From: a virus
Virus record (IMG/VR): IMGVR_UViG_3300009503_000002
Length of the DNA stretch: 64,000 nucleotides
Direction: 5' to 3' (one strand)
This document shows positions 24,058-34,057 of this stretch, in pieces (positions within the stretch are counted from its first letter, which is position 1; each line of letters begins with the position of its first letter). The translations under genes were made by a program, and so were the position numbers. Below the pieces are notes generated by a model. It saw nothing but the letters and a program-made list of their open reading frames with translations. It ran no database searches and was not told the origin of the DNA.

Positions 24058-25338
24058 ATGCCAGAGCTTTTCAGAGCAGAGACAAACGCGGGTTCCGATT
24101 CGGTATGGGTGCCAGTTGGTGGTGCAGCATCTGGACAAGCGGTTCTTGATGAGGCAACTCGGCAGGCTGCCAGGTCAGTCTCACGCGCGCTAGCCTCATC
24201 CTCCCCGTTCTACGCTAGGATTATAGACAGCATCCTAGATTCAGTCATCACGCCTGGCACCAATGCGAGACTCTTAGACGAGACGGTTGCTCCAGTCGAG
24301 CGAGCACTTACTTGGCTGTGGGAAGATGGGCCTTCAGCCCTTGCACCTAACGCGCGGAACCTGTTACGTACTCTTATCGTGGACGGCGAACTTATCCTCC
24401 AGCCTATTGTCAACCAAGCTGATGGCCGCCTTGCTCTCGACCTGCTTGACCCGGAGCGAATAATCGAAGTGACACCCGCGCCGGGTTTGTATAACGTCCA
24501 TTCCATCACTTACGATGATGGCGAAGCTACAAAACCTAAGCAGCTTAGGGTCATTCAGCGCGCGATGCTGAACATCTCTGACCTGTCTGGTGATATCTTC
24601 TATTTTCGCCTGTTCCCGGTTGGTTATACTGCCGGGACAGTTCGAGGCATCCCATTGCTCACGCCTTGTCTCGACCTTATTTCGGCTTTCACCGAGTTTG
24701 CTTATAAGCGTGTCTCAATCCTTACCAAATTAGCAACGTTCTATTGGGAAGTCGTGCTGGAAGGTGCGAGCCAGGAGAAGATTGACCTGTTCCTAGATTC
24801 GCCACAATCAGCGCCACCTGATGGCGGCCAGGTTTTCGCCCACAATGAGCGAGTAACGTGGAAACTTGTAGTTCCGGAACTTCGCGATATTTCCTCCGAG
24901 AGCGGCTTCTGGTTTGAGACCATCAGTGGTGTAACTGGCCTTACCCCAGAGTTTCTGGGCAAAACAAGCAGCCGAAACCTAACCTCCGAATCGCTCTACA
25001 CGTCTCTGCTCCACCTGAGCGCCCTCCAGTCGGAGTTCTTTTTCGTCTTTCGGACAATTACCCAGTACGCATTAGAAGTTGCATGTCGCCGTGCAGTAGG
25101 CCATCCGAAAGTCCCACGCTTCGAGATTATCTCAACAACGCCAGGAAGTAGGTCGCTCCAACGCGCAGCATCCTCAATCAACACACTCGCAAATGCCCTA
25201 AGCCGTGCAGTAGAAGCGAACCTAATCTCTGAGAAGGAGGCGCAGGAAGCGCTCCGTTCCTTACTGCTGACCTTCGGGTTAGGGGGAGAGGAAGAGAGAG
25301 CGCCGGTTACAGCAAGTATTGAACCGCTTGTGAGGTAA
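24058..25338 (+). CDS. putative portal protein
   Basis: 426 aa in the synteny position after the terminase. RBS AAGGAG. Called on size and position only. Confidence 0.55.
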   Translation: MPELFRAETNAGSDSVWVPVGGAASGQAVLDEATRQAARSVSRALASSSPFYARIIDSILDSVITPGTNARLLDETVAPVERALTWLWEDGPSALAPNARNLLRTLIVDGELILQPIVNQADGRLALDLLDPERIIEVTPAPGLYNVHSITYDDGEATKPKQLRVIQRAMLNISDLSGDIFYFRLFPVGYTAGTVRGIPLLTPCLDLISAFTEFAYKRVSILTKLATFYWEVVLEGASQEKIDLFLDSPQSAPPDGGQVFAHNERVTWKLVVPELRDISSESGFWFETISGVTGLTPEFLGKTSSRNLTSESLYTSLLHLSALQSEFFFVFRTITQYALEVACRRAVGHPKVPRFEIISTTPGSRSLQRAASSINTLANALSRAVEANLISEKEAQEALRSLLLTFGLGGEEERAPVTASIEPLVR

Positions 25339-25340
25339 CG

Positions 25341-28300
25341 ATGGTAACTTTGAAAGTCCCATTTGTTTCGGTTCAGTGGCCTGAGATAGCCGATGGCCTA
25401 ATCAGAGGGAAGTTTGACACAATCCTGAAGTCAAGAGATTTCATGCAGTTCGTGCAAAAGCCCATCTTTCTTGTCTCACCAATAGGTGTCCATGGAAAAG
25501 TATTGCTTTCGCGACCACATGAAATCTCAGTGCGAGAGGCTATCGAGCTCAAGTCCCGCCACGGCCTGAGTGAGGACATCATTCGACATCAATGGCCTGG
25601 TGCGCCCAAGCTATATGCTTTCACAGTTGTCATCATTGAGGCGTTCAAGGAACCATTGGCTGCTGAGCTTCCTATACCACTGCCAGCCTTTGGCGAGTCG
25701 GTCACATTCAAGAACAAGGCACCCTCTGATATCTCAGCGATTGCTGACCTTGAGACTTATGACCCTGACAAAGCGACGAGGCAGCAACGCCTCGATGACT
25801 GGCGCATTCTCATTGCCCATTATGCAAACCACCTAGCAGGCCGAAAGACTCCTTACCCGAAGGACTTAATCATCAAGAAGGCCATCGAGCTCGCCCAAGC
25901 TATGCGCGAAGACGGTGTGGTTTTCCATCCTGATACCATGACACCCGCAGGCCAGGACTTGTTCGAGAAGGTCTTGGCCAAATTACCAGACTTACCCCAC
26001 ACTCTGACCGACGAGGAACTCTCTACACCAATTGGAAACGTAAAACGTCTCTCACTTCAGCGCCTCAAAGCACTTCATCAGAACTTACATCTCACTTGGC
26101 AACAGAAGGAGAAAAGCGAAGAAGTTGCAAACCTTCACATTGCAGTCGTAGATGCTCTCCACTCCAAAGGGCAGAAAGTTGACTGCCCAGATGATGGGCT
26201 AGGAAAAGCGCTGCCTAGTTACCCTACAAAGACGAGTGTGGCTGACGAACCTGAGGTCACCTTCACTGCTTATGAGAATGCGGTGTCACTAATCGGCTCA
26301 ACTGTCTATGCACAGTTTGCTGATGTAGAACCTCATGATGTAGATATCCTGTTTCGTGACATCCCTTCAGAGCCGCTCGCCCACTATCTCGCATCTCACG
26401 TTGACCCTACACTGCCTGTACACATCTCACTCGAATCGACTGGCCCAAACTGGGATTACATTGGCTTAGGGGACTACGTGCTCTCAAACACCGAGCCAGA
26501 AGCACAAGTTGAGGATGCAGTCCTTAGGGGATTGCTTGACGTTAAACCATTTCTCGTCAAGCCTAGCTTCGTGACCACTTCTGATAACACCCTATTCGTG
26601 GACTCATTCCCAGCATCTGGCCTTGAGCTGAAGCTTAGTCGGTGGTTCAAGAAGCCTGTCCAGTTTCTTTTGGAGGGCGAGGAACCTGTCTTAGACTTGT
26701 GGTTCGTTCCACGGCGAAAGATTACCCTGAATTTCCTAGAGAATGATGACAAGTTTCGGCGCGCGTACTTCAACTTGTCACAGGAGATAAAAGCCAGCAT
26801 CAAGCCAGGAAAACCGTTCAGACCGTTAAAGGCCCAAGGCGGCTATCACATTGGAGAGTTCTACACCGTTGAAGACGCCATTACCTTTTGGGCAACGCCA
26901 GAACGGTTGCGTGAAGGGATTCTCGTCGAGCCAAAGGTAGATGGTATCCGCCTTGTCCTCCACAAGCAGGATGATAAAGTCTGGATTTTTACAGAGGATA
27001 AGCAGCGAGACCGTGCAGAAGTGCTACCTATGCTGGTCGAAGCCGCACGGAAGCTCAAGCATGATGTAGTCTTGGACATGGAGACAGTTGAATACGATGA
27101 CGAGGGCAACCCTATCCCACGCCATGAGATGGTAGAACTCGTTGTCTCAAAGTCACCACCCAAGCGTAAGCTGATTGCCTGGGTTCACGACTGCTTGTTC
27201 CTTGATGGGAAGGACTTATCTGGCCAACCAGCAATCGAACGCATCCGAACTGTTCATGAGTTGCTTAGCGAGGGAATCCTTCGTCCTATGCCGTTCCGTT
27301 TGGTGAGAACTGCTGATGACCTCAAGAGGGCGTTTGAGTGGGCTAGCACTTTCCGTGAAGGTGCCTCGGAAGGTGCAATGCTGAAAGAGGCAAACTCTCC
27401 TTACTCTGGCGAGCTCACACCAGCCTGGGCTAAAGTGAAGCTAGTTCGGGAAATCAAGGTTCAGGTGATTGGCATTCTGCGCAAAGCGATGCCCTGGCAT
27501 GAGAAGCCAGCGGGTGAGCTCAGAGGTACTGAGGCAATTCAGGCTTATAAGAGGCTAGCCCAGGACTCCGATACCTATTTAGTCAGAGGTGCAATCCTTG
27601 GGCCAGATGGGAAGCTAAAGCCCATTGAGGCTAAGCGTGAGCTCATGCCAGGAGACCTAGAGCTACGCTGGACTGGCTCGGAGTGGCGGGGCCTGGAGTG
27701 TCCGGAGATTTGGCAGATGGCACCAGGTTGGCCGCACCGTAAGCCTGGTGAGCTAGCATACGGGACTACATATGCATTGGCATTCCCTGAAGGGCCTCCT
27801 AAGTTCGGTGACATTGTTACAGTCCGCCCAATGGAGATGCAAATCTTCGAGTGGGGCGGTGAACAGCATGTTGCCTGGATGTTCCCCATTCTGCAAGAGG
27901 TGGACCCAACACGTCGGAAGCCCGACACCTGGGAAGATGTCCTACGGATTGTTGAGTTCACGAAAAAACGACACAAAGGCGTTCCAACCAAAGAGGAAGT
28001 TGGGATTTCTGAGGGTGTACGTGTTCCGCTTACCCGCGACGAAGCAAGGGTTGCTACTAAGAAGAAACTAGGCTATGACTGGTACGTAGTGAGGCAGCCG
28101 CCAAAGAAGACCGTTGACTTCGTGATGCAGCTGCACATCCGAGGAATTGTGACGCCTGATGGCGCACCATACTTGCGTAAGTTGCTCCAGACTGCAAAGA
28201 CGGATGAGGAGCGGAAGAAAATCTGGGCTGACTGGGGCCTCTGCACGCTCAGAATACCATTACCTGAGCTCTCGAAGAAGCTTCAGGAGCTGGATGACGA

Positions 28301-29000
28301 ACGGAAGGCGCTTAGCCTCACACAGTTTATTAGCCAAGACCCTAAAGAGGAAGGAGAGGTTTACTCCTACGGAAATTGTCACGTTGACCTGCGGCTGCGG
28401 CATCCGACTGAGGAGTTCCTAGTTGGCTGGACATGTGACATCGTCAAAATTGTGCTCCAACCACTTGATGAGATTGGGGCCTTTATCTTCCCGCTGCGTA
28501 ACAGAATACTCCAGAACCAGGAGGGAGACCAGTGGCTCTCTCAACAGAAGCTCAGCCAGCCTCTCGTCTGGCTTGAGATTGTCTCACCGCAGAAGAAGAA
28601 GTTTTGGCGGGAACCTGGTGAGGTAGGCGCAACAAGGAAAGCAGGCGCCTGTTTCGTCTTTGCAGCACGTGGACAAGCAGTGTATGGCGTTCAGAAGTCA
28701 GAACACTATCACGAGTACTTCCTTCGTTTCGATGAGTTTGGCGATGTAGAGCACCATCAAGCCAAGCTGCTTAATGGCCGTTGGGATTTCAAGTACATCG
28801 AAGGAGAGTATGAGAAGACCGGTGGTGATTGGTACTGGCAAGGTGCTCGGCCATGGAAAACACAGGTCCCATATATCCTGACGCATGACTTCGAGACGGA
28901 AGCTGCGAAGGAACGACGCGCAGGCCGCCAGTGGGAGTGGAACGCCAACACTATTTCTGCAACAGAGGTTCTGTTCGGAAAGCATTGGTGGGAAGGGTAG
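25341..29000 (+). CDS. 1219-aa multidomain protein: Pol-beta-type nucleotidyltransferase motif, ATP-dependent DNA ligase, and a LigD-type 3'-phosphoesterase-like C-terminus
   Basis: LIGSTVYAQFADVEPHDVDILF carries the GS...DxD nucleotidyltransferase motif. The ligase motifs are I EPKVDGIR (Lys codon 26934-26936), III VVLDMETV, IIIa WVHDCLFLDG, IV SEGAMLKE and V WAKVKL. The C-terminal FVMQLH...HVDLRL...HYHEYFLRF..LNGRWDF resembles the LigD phosphoesterase domain. Confidence 0.8.
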   Translation: MVTLKVPFVSVQWPEIADGLIRGKFDTILKSRDFMQFVQKPIFLVSPIGVHGKVLLSRPHEISVREAIELKSRHGLSEDIIRHQWPGAPKLYAFTVVIIEAFKEPLAAELPIPLPAFGESVTFKNKAPSDISAIADLETYDPDKATRQQRLDDWRILIAHYANHLAGRKTPYPKDLIIKKAIELAQAMREDGVVFHPDTMTPAGQDLFEKVLAKLPDLPHTLTDEELSTPIGNVKRLSLQRLKALHQNLHLTWQQKEKSEEVANLHIAVVDALHSKGQKVDCPDDGLGKALPSYPTKTSVADEPEVTFTAYENAVSLIGSTVYAQFADVEPHDVDILFRDIPSEPLAHYLASHVDPTLPVHISLESTGPNWDYIGLGDYVLSNTEPEAQVEDAVLRGLLDVKPFLVKPSFVTTSDNTLFVDSFPASGLELKLSRWFKKPVQFLLEGEEPVLDLWFVPRRKITLNFLENDDKFRRAYFNLSQEIKASIKPGKPFRPLKAQGGYHIGEFYTVEDAITFWATPERLREGILVEPKVDGIRLVLHKQDDKVWIFTEDKQRDRAEVLPMLVEAARKLKHDVVLDMETVEYDDEGNPIPRHEMVELVVSKSPPKRKLIAWVHDCLFLDGKDLSGQPAIERIRTVHELLSEGILRPMPFRLVRTADDLKRAFEWASTFREGASEGAMLKEANSPYSGELTPAWAKVKLVREIKVQVIGILRKAMPWHEKPAGELRGTEAIQAYKRLAQDSDTYLVRGAILGPDGKLKPIEAKRELMPGDLELRWTGSEWRGLECPEIWQMAPGWPHRKPGELAYGTTYALAFPEGPPKFGDIVTVRPMEMQIFEWGGEQHVAWMFPILQEVDPTRRKPDTWEDVLRIVEFTKKRHKGVPTKEEVGISEGVRVPLTRDEARVATKKKLGYDWYVVRQPPKKTVDFVMQLHIRGIVTPDGAPYLRKLLQTAKTDEERKKIWADWGLCTLRIPLPELSKKLQELDDERKALSLTQFISQDPKEEGEVYSYGNCHVDLRLRHPTEEFLVGWTCDIVKIVLQPLDEIGAFIFPLRNRILQNQEGDQWLSQQKLSQPLVWLEIVSPQKKKFWREPGEVGATRKAGACFVFAARGQAVYGVQKSEHYHEYFLRFDEFGDVEHHQAKLLNGRWDFKYIEGEYEKTGGDWYWQGARPWKTQVPYILTHDFETEAAKERRAGRQWEWNANTISATEVLFGKHWWEG

Positions 29001-29014
29001 TGAAGGTATTATAA

Positions 29015-29881
<867 letters not shown>

Positions 29882-29916
29882 TTGGCTTTGAGTCAGCTTG
29901 TAAAGGAGGAAAGGGA

Positions 29917-30306
29917 ATGTTGGAAGAGGTAAAGTGTGGGTTACAGATGTTAATCCCCCATGCAACTGATTCGTCAGTCGCAAAACCGACCCGCGTTCTG
30001 GCGAACATCGTAGCGCTTGCCCAAGAAGGCGGAAAGGTTGACGTTGGTGAAGCGTTCGCTGCCACCAATGCGCTCCTGGCCGCTGCACAAGCTGAAGCCC
30101 TGAGCAAGGAGGAAAAGAAAGCCCTAGTTGACCTCCTCAAAAAGCTTCTTCTGTACCTAGCAGGCCGTTATGAGTACTACTACCAGAAGTACGGCTATAA
30201 GTATGGGACTTATAAGAAGCCTGAGTATGGTAAGCCAGAATATGGTGAACCAGAGGAGAAGAAGGCAAAGGCTGAGGTTCGTTTAGCGATACCCCCCTGG
30301 AGATAA
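29917..30306 (+). CDS. hypothetical protein with a Tyr/Lys-rich C-terminus
   Basis: RBS AAAGGAGGAAAGGG. C-terminal YEYYYQKYGYKYGTYKKPEYGKPEYGEPEEKK. Ends just after a C7 run. Confidence 0.55.
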   Translation: MLEEVKCGLQMLIPHATDSSVAKPTRVLANIVALAQEGGKVDVGEAFAATNALLAAAQAEALSKEEKKALVDLLKKLLLYLAGRYEYYYQKYGYKYGTYKKPEYGKPEYGEPEEKKAKAEVRLAIPPWR

Positions 30307-30362
30307 CCGCTGACCTTCACGAGGCCACGGATGAGTCCGAAGGCCTTGAGTGGGATGTCAGG

Positions 30363-32309
30363 GTGATTGCTTCAGGTGAGACCGTTGATGGACGTGACTT
30401 CTATCCTCCCGACACTCTGCGGCGTGCGGCCGAGAAGTTCGACGGTGTTCAGTGCTTCACTGACCATCCCGATTCGGTGGTTGGTTCGGTGACGCGCTTA
30501 GCTGGTTGGCTCTCCGACCCGAAGCTTGTGGAGACAGATGGTCGTGTTGAGATTCACGAAGTCCTGCACGTCCTTGCCAGCTCAGAAGCAAGCGCTCTGC
30601 TGCGTGAAATTTACCAGCGGAACGCTCTTCACACAGTTGGCCTGTCTATCAATGCCCGTGGGCAAGTTCACTTTGAAAACCGGAACGGGCGAATGGTTCG
30701 AGTGATTGACGAAATCGAAGCGGTTGACTCAGTTGACATCGTCACCAAACCAAACGCTGGGGGTGCTATCCTCCGTCTGCGTGCAGCCGTTTCCGAAGCA
30801 GCCGATGCGCTAAGCGTGAATGTGTTTGACATTCAGCGCTTACAAGAGCTTCTAGCGAAATTAGAGGCCGAACTCAGCGAGCCTGCTGTAGAACCAGCTG
30901 TTGCGACGGAGGAAGCAGAAGTTGCAAAAGTTTCTAAGAAGGAGGAAGAAGTGGAAATAGAAGCTTTGAAGAAAGAGATTGAAGAGTTGAAGAAAGCCCT
31001 CACCGCTGAGCAGGCGCAGCGTGAGATTGAGGCTGCAATCAAGGAGGCGGCGTTGCCAGAGCCCCTTGAGAAATCTGCGCGTTCGCGGCTGCTGAATGTG
31101 ACAGATGTCCGCACAGCTCGTGCAATTCTGCAAGAGGTGAAAGATGCTTGGGCACTAGCGACTGAAGCGGCGAAGCTTAGCACGCCAACCTTGCATGCAG
31201 TGGAGCAACCGAAGCGGAAGATTCTCCGTTTGCAGGCAATGCTAGCGGGTGAGCCAATCGAGGGTGTCGAGCCGTACATTTCGCTTCGTGATGCGTACGG
31301 CGACATCACTGGGCGCAGCGATGTCTTTCGGATGGCCAACAATGAACTGGCTTCGGAGCTTATCCGCGCGAGCCAGGGCTTTGACTCGGCACGCATCCGT
31401 GAGACAATCGAGACCAGCGACTGGTCTTACGCTCTCGGCCAGGCAATCCACCGTGAGCTAATCCGCCAGTACAAGATGCCAGCCTATGACGAGTGGCGGT
31501 TGGTTTGCTCCCGCATTGGGGCAGTCCCGGATATGCGGACGCAGGACCGCCTGCGCTTCTCGTACTTCAACCTGCTGCCTGAGGTAGGCGAGAATGGCAC
31601 GTATCAGCCAGCCAGCGACCCGTCCGAGCAGCGGGCCTACTTCACACCGTCGAAGTACGGCATGCTGGTATCCTGGACTTGGGAGTCGGCACTGAATGAT
31701 GACCTGAACGCCCTGCGTGAGATTCCGCGGCGGCTAGCCCTGAGCGCAAAGGTCACGGTGTGGTACAACGTGCTGAGCATCTTCACTAGTGCAACACCGC
31801 CAACCTGCACGTATGATGGTGCTGCGCTCTTCAGTGCAGACCGTGGGAACCTGGTAACCGATGACCTGTCGGTAACTACCTTTGGCGAAGCCCGCGCTTG
31901 GATGCGTGAGATGACAGCCTACGGCTCGAACTACGCCTACCTTGGGGCATCGCCGAAGTACCTGCTGGTCCCACCTGAGAACGAGCGGATGGCCCGCACG
32001 CTGCGGAACTCGGAGTACCTGGTCGAAGGTAGCTCGCTCGTGGAGAACCCGTGGGCTGGGAGCTTCGAGATTATCGTGGTCCCATTCTGGTCGGACGAGG
32101 ATGCCTGGGCTGTAGTGGCTGACCCACAGAACATACCGACTATCGAGGTTGCCTTCCTGGGCGGACGTGAGGAACCTGAGCTCTTCACCGAAGCGCCGAA
32201 CACTGGTTCCGGCTTCACCGCTGACAAGGTGACCTACAAGATTCGGCATGTCTGGGGCTACTGCATCCTCGACCACCGCGGGATGTACAAGAGCACAGGT
32301 GCTTCCTAA
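30363..32309 (+). CDS. fused prohead protease-like N-domain, coiled-coil scaffold and major capsid protein
   Basis: The N-terminal WDVRVIASGETVDGRDFYPPDTLRRAAEKFDG is typical of phage head maturation protease/scaffold N-termini. A Glu/Lys-rich coiled-coil follows, then about 400 aa of capsid-like sequence. The frame is open, and protease-like sequence is present, from 30276, upstream of the GTG 30363 start. Confidence 0.7.
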   Translation: MIASGETVDGRDFYPPDTLRRAAEKFDGVQCFTDHPDSVVGSVTRLAGWLSDPKLVETDGRVEIHEVLHVLASSEASALLREIYQRNALHTVGLSINARGQVHFENRNGRMVRVIDEIEAVDSVDIVTKPNAGGAILRLRAAVSEAADALSVNVFDIQRLQELLAKLEAELSEPAVEPAVATEEAEVAKVSKKEEEVEIEALKKEIEELKKALTAEQAQREIEAAIKEAALPEPLEKSARSRLLNVTDVRTARAILQEVKDAWALATEAAKLSTPTLHAVEQPKRKILRLQAMLAGEPIEGVEPYISLRDAYGDITGRSDVFRMANNELASELIRASQGFDSARIRETIETSDWSYALGQAIHRELIRQYKMPAYDEWRLVCSRIGAVPDMRTQDRLRFSYFNLLPEVGENGTYQPASDPSEQRAYFTPSKYGMLVSWTWESALNDDLNALREIPRRLALSAKVTVWYNVLSIFTSATPPTCTYDGAALFSADRGNLVTDDLSVTTFGEARAWMREMTAYGSNYAYLGASPKYLLVPPENERMARTLRNSEYLVEGSSLVENPWAGSFEIIVVPFWSDEDAWAVVADPQNIPTIEVAFLGGREEPELFTEAPNTGSGFTADKVTYKIRHVWGYCILDHRGMYKSTGAS

Positions 32310-32325
32310 AGAAGGAGGTTCTTAG

Positions 32326-32706
32326 ATGATTGAGCTACATGATGTTCCAGGGACTCACGTCGAGCAAGTGCGGCTAGAGGCGTTCGCAACTACTGACCAT
32401 GGAACAGCAGCGGTTCTATGGGTTGCGCCCTTCAATTGTTACGTTGACAAAGTAGATTTCTACTTCGAAGGGACGGCATCACTCGGCCACGCGACGAACA
32501 CTTTTCAGTTCGTTGTCAGCGTCGGCACGGTCGCTGTTGGTACTGCAAGCTTCGGGACTCCAGCGCTGGCGTTCGGGAATGCCAAGTCTGTTGACATTGA
32601 CCAAACTCTAAGCGCTGGTGACCAGTTGCGTGTGACCTACGGCACCATTGGCACTGGGCTAGCAGCTCCAGAATCTCTAGTCGCTATCTACTACGAAGCT
32701 CGATAA
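32326..32706 (+). CDS. hypothetical beta-rich protein, possible head decoration protein
   Basis: RBS GAAGGAGG. 126 aa, directly after the capsid gene and followed by a terminator. Confidence 0.5.
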   Translation: MIELHDVPGTHVEQVRLEAFATTDHGTAAVLWVAPFNCYVDKVDFYFEGTASLGHATNTFQFVVSVGTVAVGTASFGTPALAFGNAKSVDIDQTLSAGDQLRVTYGTIGTGLAAPESLVAIYYEAR

Positions 32707-32721
32707 AAGGGGAAGCTAGGA

Positions 32722-32753
32722 GGGTATGGTGTAACCAAGCACCATACCCTTTT
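32722..32753 (+). terminator. rho-independent terminator
   Basis: GGGTATGGTG-TAACCAAG-CACCATACCC followed by TTTT. Confidence 0.65.
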
Positions 32754-32797
32754 GGAAAGAAAGTGCCATATAACTGTCAAGTTTGGAAAGGAGAAGT

Positions 32798-34057
32798 ATG
32801 CGAATCCTATTGGCTTCTAACTCATCCTGGTCACCTTCTGGGTATGGCGTTCAAGTGCGGAGTGTGGTTCCACGGCTACGAGATGCGGGCCATGACATTG
32901 CGGTCTCGGCATTCTGGGGTTTACAAGGCGGCATCATTGAGTATGATGGAGTTCGGCAGTACCCTGCCGGTTTTGCCCCCTATGGGAACGATGTGATTCC
33001 GCTTCATGCGCGAGACTTCCGGGCTGATATTGTGATTGCCCTGATTGACATATGGGTTTATGGGCCAGAGCTCTTTAAGCAGTGTCGGGTGGTGCCATGG
33101 TCGCCTGTTGACCACCACCCCGTGCCTGGCCCAGTCTTGGAACGATTTCAACGTTCGTTCCGGGTCTTTGCCTACTCGAAGTTCGCAGTTAGGGCATTGG
33201 AGGAGGTGGGGTTCACAAACGTTGATTACGTTCCGTTAGGCGTCGAGACAAATGAGTTCAAGCCGATGAACAAAGAGGAATGCAGACGGGAGTTCGGGAT
33301 TCCTAACGACCTCTTTGTCTTTGGGATGGTGGCAGCCAATCAGACGCAGTTTCCAACTCGTAAAGGGTTCGAGCGGGCGATGGCTGCATTTGCCAGCCTA
33401 AGGCGGAAATACCGCGATACTCTCCTTTATATACACTCCTACATCGGTACAGAACTAGGTGGCGTGCCACTGGCAAAGCTAGCAGAGGTATTCCAAATCC
33501 CAGACCATTGCATGTTCTCCAATCCTGACATTTGGCGTGTTGGCGGGTTAAGCAGGGACCAGCTAGCCAGGCTGTATAACTGTTTCGATGTCCTGATTGC
33601 ACCATCAAGTGCTGAGGGGTTCTGTATCCCATTGATTGAAGCCCAAGCGTGCGGCGTGCCCGTTATCACCTCGAACTTTACTTCCTGTCCAGAGCTTTGC
33701 GCTTCTGGATGGCTAGTCGAGCCTGCCACGCTTCTTATGACACCCATGCTCTCGTTTCAGGCTGCCGTTTCTATCAAGGAGCTTGAAGCAAGGATGCTCT
33801 TTGCAATCGAGAACCCCGGTATCCTTGCTGAGGAGAAGAGAAAAGCACGAGAGTTCGCCCTCAGTTACGACTGGGACAAAGTGATGGCTGAGTACTTCCT
33901 CCCCGCAATCTCAAATCTAGAGGCCAAAATTCGTGGGCCACAAAACTTGCTAGAATCTGTAGAATATGCTAAAGTAACAGCTGGAGGGCTAATTAGTGGC
34001 GGTCGAAATCAACAGCATAGTCGAGCTGGTCAAGGGGATGATACCGGAGCTACGTAA
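32798..34057 (+). CDS. GT-B fold glycosyltransferase, family 4-like
   Basis: MRILLASNSSWSPSGYG N-terminus and APSSAEGFCIPLIEAQACGVPVITSN (E-x7-E). ATG 32798 follows GGAAAGGAG. Confidence 0.85.
   Translation: MRILLASNSSWSPSGYGVQVRSVVPRLRDAGHDIAVSAFWGLQGGIIEYDGVRQYPAGFAPYGNDVIPLHARDFRADIVIALIDIWVYGPELFKQCRVVPWSPVDHHPVPGPVLERFQRSFRVFAYSKFAVRALEEVGFTNVDYVPLGVETNEFKPMNKEECRREFGIPNDLFVFGMVAANQTQFPTRKGFERAMAAFASLRRKYRDTLLYIHSYIGTELGGVPLAKLAEVFQIPDHCMFSNPDIWRVGGLSRDQLARLYNCFDVLIAPSSAEGFCIPLIEAQACGVPVITSNFTSCPELCASGWLVEPATLLMTPMLSFQAAVSIKELEARMLFAIENPGILAEEKRKAREFALSYDWDKVMAEYFLPAISNLEAKIRGPQNLLESVEYAKVTAGGLISGGRNQQHSRAGQGDDTGAT

Noticed and set aside
30833-32276. Minus-strand ORFs 30833-31396 and 31734-32276 inside the capsid fusion gene
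   Set aside because: They are antisense shadows with biased composition and no RBS. The + strand product has recognisable protease/scaffold/capsid organisation.
32763-32996. 77-aa ORF overlapping the start of the GT4 gene
   Set aside because: It is an alternative-frame overlap with a gene that has clear glycosyltransferase motifs, and it has no separate RBS.
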